DNA of 24,000 bases from Acaryochloris marina S15 (GTDB taxonomy: Bacteria > Cyanobacteriota > Cyanobacteriia > Thermosynechococcales > Thermosynechococcaceae), in the NCBI RefSeq assembly GCF_018336915.1, contig NZ_CP064923.1, positions 2,184,209-2,208,208 on the forward strand, written 5' to 3'. The position numbers and the translations under genes are program-made. Positions 16,879-23,945 of the stretch are shown in pieces (position 1 is the first letter of the stretch; every line of letters starts with the position of its first letter). The notes under the pieces were generated by a model. That model worked only from the letters and a program-made list of their open reading frames with translations. It did no database searches and was not told the DNA's origin.

Positions 16879-17694
16879 ATGCATACCTGGAATTGGCGCA
16901 CCTGTGAGGGTCGCTCTTACTTAACGTGTAGTTTGCTGGAGCCTTGGCCCCATGGCTTTTTCACCCGAGAATTTTGGCCTAGGCCCCCGGCTGAGTTGGC
17001 CCTGGTGCTGAAAGCAGATGCTCAAACCTTTCGTGTTAAACAGGTGCATGGCAATGCAATCTTAAACCCCACGGAAGTTCAAGCCTATTGGGACCAGTTG
17101 CCGTCTCAGGCTGCTGAAACAGATGAAGCGGTATCAGAATTCCCTCCTGCGGATGGCCTGATCAGCCAGAATAAAAACCAGGCTGTTTGGGTTTGTACGG
17201 CCGACTGCACCCCCGTATTGATTGCGGATACTCGCTTGGGTCATGTTGCGGCTGTCCATGCCGGATGGCGGGGAACGGCTGCCAAGATTGTGCCCATGGC
17301 TCTGACTCGTCTGCAAGAACAGGGGAGTCAGCTCAAAGATATTCGAGTGGCAATGGGACCTGCGATCGCAGGTGAGATGTATCAAGTCGATACGGAGGTT
17401 GCCGCTCAAGTCGGTAGTACCGTCGTCGACCCCCATCTTTCTGAGCAGTCTGCTGAAGTCATTGCTGAGCATCTTTTACAAGTTGAACACTCCCCGCTGA
17501 TTGCCGATTCAGAGTCGGGACGAGTGCGATTAGATGTGCGGCGGGTGAATGCCATGCAGTTAGAGCAGATGGGGGTGCTGCCAGACCAGGTTGCGATCGC
17601 AACCCATTGCACCTATCAAGATCCCGATAAATTCTTTTCCTATCGGCGAGAACATCGGAAACAAGTTCAGTGGTCAGGTATCGTTAGTTGCTAG
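16879..17694 (+). CDS. pgeF: YfiH/PgeF-family (DUF152, Cu-oxidase_4) protein
   Basis: Conserved blocks HGFFTR, VKQVHGN, TADCTPVL, AAVHAGWRGTA, CTYQDPDKFFSYRR. I prefer the ATG at 16879; the track start is a TTG at 16855. Confidence 0.88.
   Translation: MHTWNWRTCEGRSYLTCSLLEPWPHGFFTREFWPRPPAELALVLKADAQTFRVKQVHGNAILNPTEVQAYWDQLPSQAAETDEAVSEFPPADGLISQNKNQAVWVCTADCTPVLIADTRLGHVAAVHAGWRGTAAKIVPMALTRLQEQGSQLKDIRVAMGPAIAGEMYQVDTEVAAQVGSTVVDPHLSEQSAEVIAEHLLQVEHSPLIADSESGRVRLDVRRVNAMQLEQMGVLPDQVAIATHCTYQDPDKFFSYRREHRKQVQWSGIVSC
17362..17369. repeat. HIP1 octamer GCGATCGC (inside pgeF)
   Basis: Exact match. Confidence 0.9.
17593..17600. repeat. HIP1 octamer GCGATCGC (inside pgeF)
   Basis: Exact match. 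Confidence 0.9.
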
Positions 17695-18167
17695 CAGCAG
17701 AAGACCCAGCCTGGACCTATGTGCTTGGGCAATTGCAATCAGGATATGGTGTAGCCTCTGGACGAGCAGTGGACTCTCCTTATCCAGAGGGGACGATTGC
17801 GCTACAAATGCCTCATTTCCAAAAATTAGGATTAGACCTATCCCCCTACTATCCTGGCACCCTGAATATCTCTATTGCTCCAGCTCAGTTTCAGATGATT
17901 CAGCCTCAATGGACGTTTCCTCTGGTGCATTGGTATCCAGCATCTTGTCCTGAAACATTTTCCTTTTCTCCCTGTCGAGTAAAGTATGGTGACCATCGTG
18001 CTGCGGGACTGATTTATTATCCCCACCCTGAAACAAAACCGGATCATTTTCAGAATCCATCGATCATTGAAATATTAGCTCCCCTTATCCCCCGGATGGA
18101 GATGGGGGTTGCAGTTACCTTGGGGGTGCTGTCCCAGCAGGTTGAAATCTTTGAACCTGAACTGTGA
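17688..18167 (+). CDS. Archaeal-type CTP-dependent riboflavin kinase-like (DUF120-like) protein
   Basis: From my memory of the M. jannaschii MJ0056 family: G.L.SGYG ~ GEVVSGLGEG; LGLDLSPYYPGTLNISI ~ LGFEPYEGTLNLKL; PSIIEILAPLIPRME ~ SEIIEIIAPMKLRE. The start is uncertain: TTG at 17688 overlaps the pgeF stop by 7 nt, and GTG at 17721 is an alternative. Confidence 0.55.
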   Translation: MLAAEDPAWTYVLGQLQSGYGVASGRAVDSPYPEGTIALQMPHFQKLGLDLSPYYPGTLNISIAPAQFQMIQPQWTFPLVHWYPASCPETFSFSPCRVKYGDHRAAGLIYYPHPETKPDHFQNPSIIEILAPLIPRMEMGVAVTLGVLSQQVEIFEPEL

Positions 18168-19073
18168 ATGTTAGGGAGAGATGGAGCAGGAAGAAATTCA
18201 ATGAAGATGCGACGTTCTTTTTGGACTGATCGTCCCCGCCATGTCAGCAAGCAAGAGTACAATCGCTATTCATTCATGGTGTTTGGAACGGTTGTCACTG
18301 GCGGGCTAGGGGCAATGTTTTTGATCGGTAGTGTGTTAGGGATTACGACCTGGCAAGCGGATAAGCTGGCTAAATTACCAGAAAAGTCGATTTCTGAAGC
18401 TCTGAATTATAGAGGTGATCCCACCCCACCTTTCAAAATCTCTGGTTTCCTATGGGCCTCAGATCCTATTGTCATGCCTGATGATCCTGAGCTGAAGGTA
18501 CTGAAGGGAGAACTCCAGGTTTCAGCTGAGTTTAGTGGCTCGGAAGTGGTGGCCGATGAAGTGCTATATGAGTGGCAGGATCAGGTAGATTCAGTGGTGT
18601 TATCTGCAGATAACACCCTTCAAGCATCAACCCAAACAATTTTGGTCAATTCTGATTTAGCTCAGTTGCCAGTAGAAAGGGATTTTAACGCTCGCGCTCA
18701 ATTGCAATATGATGGCCCTTCGCGGACTGCTCGCCCTATTGCTATTGAGTATCAAGATCAAACTTTTCCCTTGGCTGATCTGCCCGCGACTCGCTCTGTC
18801 AAACCTAGGGTATTGCGTCAGTATATCCCTAATGGAGCAAAGGTTACCCTGATTGCCAGTGTTGGAGCAGGGCCAGTAAGCCAACTGGTTGCCCCTCAGG
18901 GCCAGAAACTCCAAATTCTCCGAGGGAGTGAAGCAGAAATCCGTAAGACAGGAGCCTCACAACGCTTGATGTTTGGGTTAATTAGCTTTGTTTTACTAGG
19001 GAGTAGTTATTTTCTAGGAAACATGACTGCCCGTATACGACAAAGCTTTGTGGTTCGCTCGAATCAACCTTAG
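18168..19073 (+). CDS. Hypothetical two-TM membrane protein with ~210-aa central non-cytoplasmic domain
   Basis: The ATG directly abuts the preceding TGA (TGAATG). TM1 is YSFMVFGTVVTGGLGAMFLIGSVLGI and TM2 is LMFGLISFVLLGSSYFLG near the C-terminus. An alternative ATG at 18201 has AGGAAG 7 nt upstream. Confidence 0.65.
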   Translation: MLGRDGAGRNSMKMRRSFWTDRPRHVSKQEYNRYSFMVFGTVVTGGLGAMFLIGSVLGITTWQADKLAKLPEKSISEALNYRGDPTPPFKISGFLWASDPIVMPDDPELKVLKGELQVSAEFSGSEVVADEVLYEWQDQVDSVVLSADNTLQASTQTILVNSDLAQLPVERDFNARAQLQYDGPSRTARPIAIEYQDQTFPLADLPATRSVKPRVLRQYIPNGAKVTLIASVGAGPVSQLVAPQGQKLQILRGSEAEIRKTGASQRLMFGLISFVLLGSSYFLGNMTARIRQSFVVRSNQP

Positions 19074-19076
19074 GGG

Positions 19077-19301
19077 TTAAGAACTTAGAATTTCGAAGTT
19101 TTTAACTTCCAGGACTGGGCCAATCATCGCCACCGTCATAATGTCATCTCGAATATTACCCGTTACTTTCACTGCCAGCCCCTCTTGCTGTAATTCGGTG
19201 GGGGGTTCAAAGAGCTCGTAGGTGGTCTCGCTGGCTGCTAGAGCCCATACCCCTAGACCAAAACTTTGAAAGGTGATGGTTCCTTGTGCTTCTATAGACA
19301 T
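19077..19301 (-). CDS. Small acidic 74-aa protein, coupled to the upstream S8 peptidase gene
   Basis: The ATG lies 7 nt after the S8 stop codon on the same strand. There is no signal peptide. The pattern GTITF...G.W.L......YEL.......L..G..V.V.G.......T..M.G..LEV..F suggests a small beta-rich domain. Confidence 0.65.
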   Translation of the reverse strand: MSIEAQGTITFQSFGLGVWALAASETTYELFEPPTELQQEGLAVKVTGNIRDDIMTVAMIGPVLEVKNFEILSS

Positions 19302-19308
19302 GCTAATT

Positions 19309-21081
19309 TTATGCGGAACGAGTGGCGGATTTGGATGCTAGATAAACCAACGCTAAACAGAGCAAAGCATTGATGGCTAAAAATCCCTGGGCAACGGCTG
19401 TGCTGCCTAACCAGACGACTTGGGGGGCCATAAACGCACTGACGCCTAGACAGGCTGTCATTCCCACTGAACCGCCAAGGGCTAACCACTTGAGCTGAGG
19501 ATGGCTCAGGAAGAGGACAATCAGTGCTAAAGCCATCAAAACATTAGCCGTTAAAGGGTTTAATGCATTAGTGCCCTGAATCGCACTGCCCAATTCTGGC
19601 AAGGAGCTTCCCACAACGCGAAGGGGCCAATGGGGAAGATCCACGAGATGAAAACAGCGGAGGATAAATAAGCCAGTGCTGCCCAAAATTAGCCCTAACC
19701 CCATTGGCCAATTCCAAGGTAAGCGGAATAGGGAGGCGAGCACGGCAGCAACTGCTAGCATAAGCAGCTTATAGCCCCAGTTGACGGCTCTGGCGTCGAA
19801 CCAGAAGCGTGGCCCTAAGAATAAGCCATTACGCAGCCATCCCATAAAGCCATTAAACCCAAAACTTTTTTGAGCGGCTAAGCTGACGGCCTTGCTAGCG
19901 TCTAATTTACCCGTACCAAAGTAGTTGGAGGCATCATCTTTGACAGCAGCTGCAGACTGCTTGAGGACTTGTTCGACTTGATCAGGATTTTGGACCCCAA
20001 TGGATCGAATTAAGGCAGCGACACCAGCCACATGGGGGGCAGCCATGCTGGTTCCTTGGAAGGCGGCAAAGATGGAAGAGCCATCTCGGGGATTGATGGT
20101 ATTTTGCAGAATACCGCCCAAGCCATTATTGTCTCTGAGGGAGCCCCCAGGGGCTGAAATATCGACCCCGGCACCGTAATTGGAGTAAGGTGCTTTCTGG
20201 CCTTCAGCATCCAGGGCAGAGACGCCAATGACATGGGGATAACGGGCCGGAAATTCCACGGCACTTCTGGCCGCATTACCCGCAGCGGCCACAATCACTA
20301 CACCTTTTTTATGGGCATATTCAATGGCTTCTCGCATCAGTTCACTTTCACCCCCCCCGCCCAGGCTCATATTGATGACGTCGGCTCCGTTGTCAGCTGC
20401 AAAGCGAATGGATTCCGCAATATCCGCTACAGTGCCCGAACCACCCCGACTTAAAACTTTTAAGGGCATTAGCTGAGCTTCATAAGCGATACCCGCGACG
20501 CCAAAGTTATTATTGGTGGATTGCGCGATGGTGCCTGCTACATGGGTGCCATGGCCATTATCATCGGTTGCATTGGCCCGATCGTTGACAAAGTCATAGC
20601 CAGGTACAAGGCGAGTCCGCTTTAAATCAGCAACGGGAGCGATACCTGTATCAATCACGGCAACGGTTGTGCCTCGCCCCCGACTAGCTTGCCAGGCTGC
20701 CTCCATGTTGATGCTTTTGAGGTTCCACTGCTGATCAAAATCTGGATCGTTGGGACTGAACGAAGTCTGGTAAGCATAGTTGGGTTCAACAAATTCGGTA
20801 AATTCGCTAATACCAGATTTTTTAACCGCGTTGAGGAGCTGTTGATCTCCCTTGGCAATGAACACATGGTCATTTAAGGAGAACTGACTGTTATAGGTCA
20901 ATTTAGTTTGGAATTGCTCTGATAAAGAATTGACCTGCCTTTCAATCTCTGCCGTTGTGAGAGATTCTTTGAAGTCAAATACTAGGGAATCATATTGTCC
21001 CTGAGCAGATAGCCCTTGGAAATTTGAGATCGCCCAACTGAAACCCGCTATAAACAGTAGCAGCAGCAGCCATTTTTTCAT
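19309..21081 (-). CDS. S8 (subtilisin-family) serine peptidase with signal peptide, propeptide-like region and C-terminal five-helix membrane domain
   Basis: The signal is MKKWLLLLLFIAGFSWA. The catalytic residues are D144 (TTVAVIDTGI), H178 (HGTHVAG) and S345 (GTSMAAPHVAG), with oxyanion Asn in VINMSLGG. Residues ~405-590 contain five hydrophobic helices. Confidence 0.9.
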   Translation of the reverse strand: MKKWLLLLLFIAGFSWAISNFQGLSAQGQYDSLVFDFKESLTTAEIERQVNSLSEQFQTKLTYNSQFSLNDHVFIAKGDQQLLNAVKKSGISEFTEFVEPNYAYQTSFSPNDPDFDQQWNLKSINMEAAWQASRGRGTTVAVIDTGIAPVADLKRTRLVPGYDFVNDRANATDDNGHGTHVAGTIAQSTNNNFGVAGIAYEAQLMPLKVLSRGGSGTVADIAESIRFAADNGADVINMSLGGGGESELMREAIEYAHKKGVVIVAAAGNAARSAVEFPARYPHVIGVSALDAEGQKAPYSNYGAGVDISAPGGSLRDNNGLGGILQNTINPRDGSSIFAAFQGTSMAAPHVAGVAALIRSIGVQNPDQVEQVLKQSAAAVKDDASNYFGTGKLDASKAVSLAAQKSFGFNGFMGWLRNGLFLGPRFWFDARAVNWGYKLLMLAVAAVLASLFRLPWNWPMGLGLILGSTGLFILRCFHLVDLPHWPLRVVGSSLPELGSAIQGTNALNPLTANVLMALALIVLFLSHPQLKWLALGGSVGMTACLGVSAFMAPQVVWLGSTAVAQGFLAINALLCLALVYLASKSATRSA

Positions 21082-21141
21082 GTCAAATCCTTAGCAAATG
21101 AGTTGCTTGTACAACGGTTCAGATGGTCTTACGTATTCCTT

Positions 21142-21155
21142 GTCTATCGATAGAC
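21142..21155. promoter_or_regulatory. Perfect 14-nt palindrome GTCTATCGATAGAC upstream of the S8 peptidase gene
   Basis: It lies 61-74 nt upstream of the S8 start codon (21081). About 1.5 such 7+7 palindromes are expected by chance in 24 kb, so only the position is suggestive. Confidence 0.2.
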
Positions 21156-21267
21156 TGGATGGCCTGGTGCTAGTCAGCGGGATAACAATTGAGACTTCTG
21201 ATTGAGAACGAAGTCAGATCAATAATCCGAAATTTCAGTTATTTCGAGTGGTTCTAGTTTTCCCATT

Positions 21268-22188
21268 TTAGTTCTTGCCTGTCTCATCGACCAGTTGTGG
21301 CTCTTGGCCAAGTTGTGATTGTAAGAACTCAGTGAACAACTGCACCTTGGCAGAAAGATGCTTGCTCACGGGATATAGGATATGAACTGCGATCTCAGGA
21401 CTTGCATAATTTGATAGAACCACTTGCAAGCGATCAGCTTTCAAATCTTCTCCCACCAGAAAGTGGGGTAAAAGTGCAATCCCCAACCCTTTGAGAGCTG
21501 CCTGTCGTAGCACTTCGCCATTATTCGAACAGACAGTCCCTTGGACTCGAATCGACTGGGTTTGATTTGGCCCCTTGAGTTCCCACTGATTGAGGGGGGC
21601 TGAGTAGCCATAGTGCAAGCAAGAATGGTTCTTGAGTTGATCGGGATTTCCAGGAATACCCTGTTGCTCAAGATAAGCGGGAGCAGCACATAGCACTCTG
21701 GGGGCAGGACAAAGGGTGTGAATGATTAAGCTACTAGTTGTTGGCTGTGCAGAAATGCGAATGCTAATGTCGAATCCTTCTTCGATCGGGTCAATAAATC
21801 GATCATTCAGGACTAATTCCACCTTTAAGTCTGGATGTTGAGTTAAGAAGTTAGGGAGAATTGGGGCCAAGTACTTTGTGCCAAAAGACATAGGGGCATT
21901 GACCCTTAGGGTTCCTTTGGGCTGGGTTTGGTATTGGGTAATGGCTTCTTCTGCCTCTGCCACTTCTGCCAGGATGGCTCGACAACGCTCATAAAAAGCC
22001 AGACCAGTTTTTGTGGGTGTCACTTTGCGAGTGGTGCGCTGTAAGAGCTGGATCCCTAAACTGTCCTCTAGGTTAATCACCAGTTTATTGACTTGCGATC
22101 GTGACAGTCCCATTTTTCGAGAAGCTGCTGCAAAGCCACTGGCATCGACCACTTGGGTGAAAGCATGCATACTGTCGAATTTATCCAT
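21268..22188 (-). CDS. LysR-family transcriptional regulator
   Basis: N-terminal w[56 protein letters not shown] plus a LysR substrate-binding domain. I prefer the ATG at 22188 ([10 protein letters not shown]) to the track start at 22221. Confidence 0.9.
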   Translation of the reverse strand: MDKFDSMHAFTQVVDASGFAAASRKMGLSRSQVNKLVINLEDSLGIQLLQRTTRKVTPTKTGLAFYERCRAILAEVAEAEEAITQYQTQPKGTLRVNAPMSFGTKYLAPILPNFLTQHPDLKVELVLNDRFIDPIEEGFDISIRISAQPTTSSLIIHTLCPAPRVLCAAPAYLEQQGIPGNPDQLKNHSCLHYGYSAPLNQWELKGPNQTQSIRVQGTVCSNNGEVLRQAALKGLGIALLPHFLVGEDLKADRLQVVLSNYASPEIAVHILYPVSKHLSAKVQLFTEFLQSQLGQEPQLVDETGKN

Positions 22189-22191
22189 ATT

Positions 22192-22245
22192 ATTGTCAAC
22201 AAATAAGAGACAATCTGTCAATAAAATATCATATTGTCATTTTAT
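22192..22245. promoter_or_regulatory. Two LysR-type T-N11-A dyads in the LysR/pirin divergent promoter
   Basis: ATTGTC-N11-GACAAT lies at 22192-22214 and ATAAAAT-N11-ATTTTAT at 22221-22245. TGTCA recurs at 22194, 22216 and 22235. Confidence 0.55.
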
Positions 22246-22326
22246 TGAGGTTAGTTGATGATAGACATATCACCGACTGGAATCGGTGATTTACCCTTCA
22301 CTTCTAAAAATGAGAGGTCGACTTCA

Positions 22327-23034
22327 ATGATCGATATTCGTCGAGGTCAAGAAAGAGGATCTGCAGACTTAGAGTGGCTCAAGAGCTATCACACTTTTTC
22401 CTTTGGCCAGTACTACGATCCTCGCCATATGAGCTTTGGACCCTTGCGAGTGATCAATGAAGATTTCATCCAGCCGGGGCAGGGGTTTGGAACCCATAGC
22501 CACAAAAATATGGAAATTATTACCTATGTGTTAGAGGGAGCTCTAGAGCATAAAGATAGTCTGGGAAATGGCTCCATCGTTAAACCTGGAGATGTTCAGA
22601 GAATGACAGCTGGCACAGGGATTCAACATAGTGAATATAATCCTTCCCTCTCTGAGCCGGTTCACCTATTGCAAATCTGGATAGTCCCTGATGCTGAAGG
22701 TTTAGAGCCTGGATATGAACAAGTTCATTTATCTATAGATCAACAAAGAAATCACTTACACCTGTTGGGTTCTAGAAACAGTCAGCAGGGAGTGGTCACC
22801 ATTCATCAAAAAGTGGATTTATATGGGGCCCAGCTCAGCCAGCAAGGATCGGTTGTCCATCCGTTGTCAGCGCACCGAATCGCTTGGCTGCACGTTGCCA
22901 AAGGTGTAATTCAGCTTAATGAGAAGCATGATCTAATGGCGGGAGATGCTGCTGCCATTTCAGATCTCCATGAGATTAAAGTTCATGGACAGTCTGAAGA
23001 CGCTGAAATCTTGTTATTCGACATGGTGGCCTAG
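22327..23034 (+). CDS. Pirin-family (bicupin) protein
   Basis: The N-terminus IRRGQERGSADLEWLKSYHTFSFGQYYDP and metal-site region GFGTHSHKNMEIITYVLEGALEHKDSLGN match the pirin family. I prefer the ATG at 22327 (GAGAGG ~9 nt upstream), giving 235 aa. Confidence 0.9.
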   Translation: MIDIRRGQERGSADLEWLKSYHTFSFGQYYDPRHMSFGPLRVINEDFIQPGQGFGTHSHKNMEIITYVLEGALEHKDSLGNGSIVKPGDVQRMTAGTGIQHSEYNPSLSEPVHLLQIWIVPDAEGLEPGYEQVHLSIDQQRNHLHLLGSRNSQQGVVTIHQKVDLYGAQLSQQGSVVHPLSAHRIAWLHVAKGVIQLNEKHDLMAGDAAAISDLHEIKVHGQSEDAEILLFDMVA

Positions 23035-23396
23035 AGTAGCAGTAGGTAGCTTGTCGCCCTGATTCGAGTGATCCATTCCAATATATAGATGACTCTGTAC
23101 TAAATCTAATAAAAATGTGGTCAGAGAAATAGCCAAAGTCATTTAATTTTTTAGCGATCGAGATTTATTTCCTAAAGTAGGCAACCTATTTCTACAGCTA
23201 AGTTGAGAACATCGGCTTGTCTCTTCCCTGCTCAAAAAAATGCAATAGTTTGAATGAAGTTAGGATGATTTCCTGAATAAAACCTATTGTTTTGGACCCA
23301 ATTTTTAGTTCTTGATTATATTAGAGGGAATAGTTGTAGGCAAATCTCTTCTATAAGATTAATTTGCTGAAAAATAAATGAGTGGGGGGATGCTGT

Positions 23397-23945
23397 ATGT
23401 ATGGCTTAGTGAATAAGGCCATTCAGGAAATGGTTTGTGACCATTTTGGTGAGGAGGCTTGGGAAGCGATAAGAGAGCTTTCAGAAACTAAATCTGAGAA
23501 TTTTATTAGCTTAGAGAGTTATCCTGACGATTTGACCCATCGTTTGGTCAAGTCTGCCAGTCAAGTACTGGGAATATCTGCAGCTGAGATCATGGAAGAC
23601 TTTGGGAAATATTGGGTTAAGTTTACAGGGCAAGAAGGTTATGGCGAAATGATGAACCTGGCGGGTGATGATTTGCCAGAGTTTTTGGGTAATCTTGATG
23701 ACTTGCATAGTCGGCTTGGGGTAATTTTCCCCAAAATGCAACCGCCTTCCTTTCAATGTAGTGATCAGGAGAAGCAGACCTTAAACTTGCATTACTATTC
23801 CCATCGCAAGGGAATGGCTCCAATGGTATCAGGATTGGTGGAAGGACTAGGGGAACGATTTGATACAGAAGTAGAAGTAACCCAAGTCCAAGATCGAGAG
23901 CAGGGAGCTGATCACGATGTGTTCTCAGTCACCTACCAGCCATAG
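23397..23945 (+). CDS. H-NOX (haem nitric oxide/oxygen-binding) sensor domain protein
   Basis: MYGLVNKAIQEMV... is highly similar to the Nostoc H-NOX / sGC beta N-terminus. The proximal His is in NLDDLHSRLG (H104, codon 23706-23708). The YxSxR haem-propionate motif is YYSHR (133-137). GGGGGGA lies 7 nt upstream of the ATG at 23397. Confidence 0.9.
   Translation: MYGLVNKAIQEMVCDHFGEEAWEAIRELSETKSENFISLESYPDDLTHRLVKSASQVLGISAAEIMEDFGKYWVKFTGQEGYGEMMNLAGDDLPEFLGNLDDLHSRLGVIFPKMQPPSFQCSDQEKQTLNLHYYSHRKGMAPMVSGLVEGLGERFDTEVEVTQVQDREQGADHDVFSVTYQP

Noticed and set aside
19077-21081. Cyanobactin/RiPP reading of the S8 protease plus adjacent small ORF
   Set aside because: The 74-aa protein has no PatE-like leader, recognition sequences or core-peptide cassettes. 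There is a single subtilase rather than the PatA/PatG pair, and no heterocyclase, prenyltransferase or oxidase genes are nearby.
21180-21190. Exact 11-mer GGATAACAATT identical to the right half of the lac operator O1
   Set aside because: There is no matching left half-site (AATTGTGAGC) and no vector-like flanks, and the context is native intergenic DNA. It is a chance match, not cloning-vector contamination.
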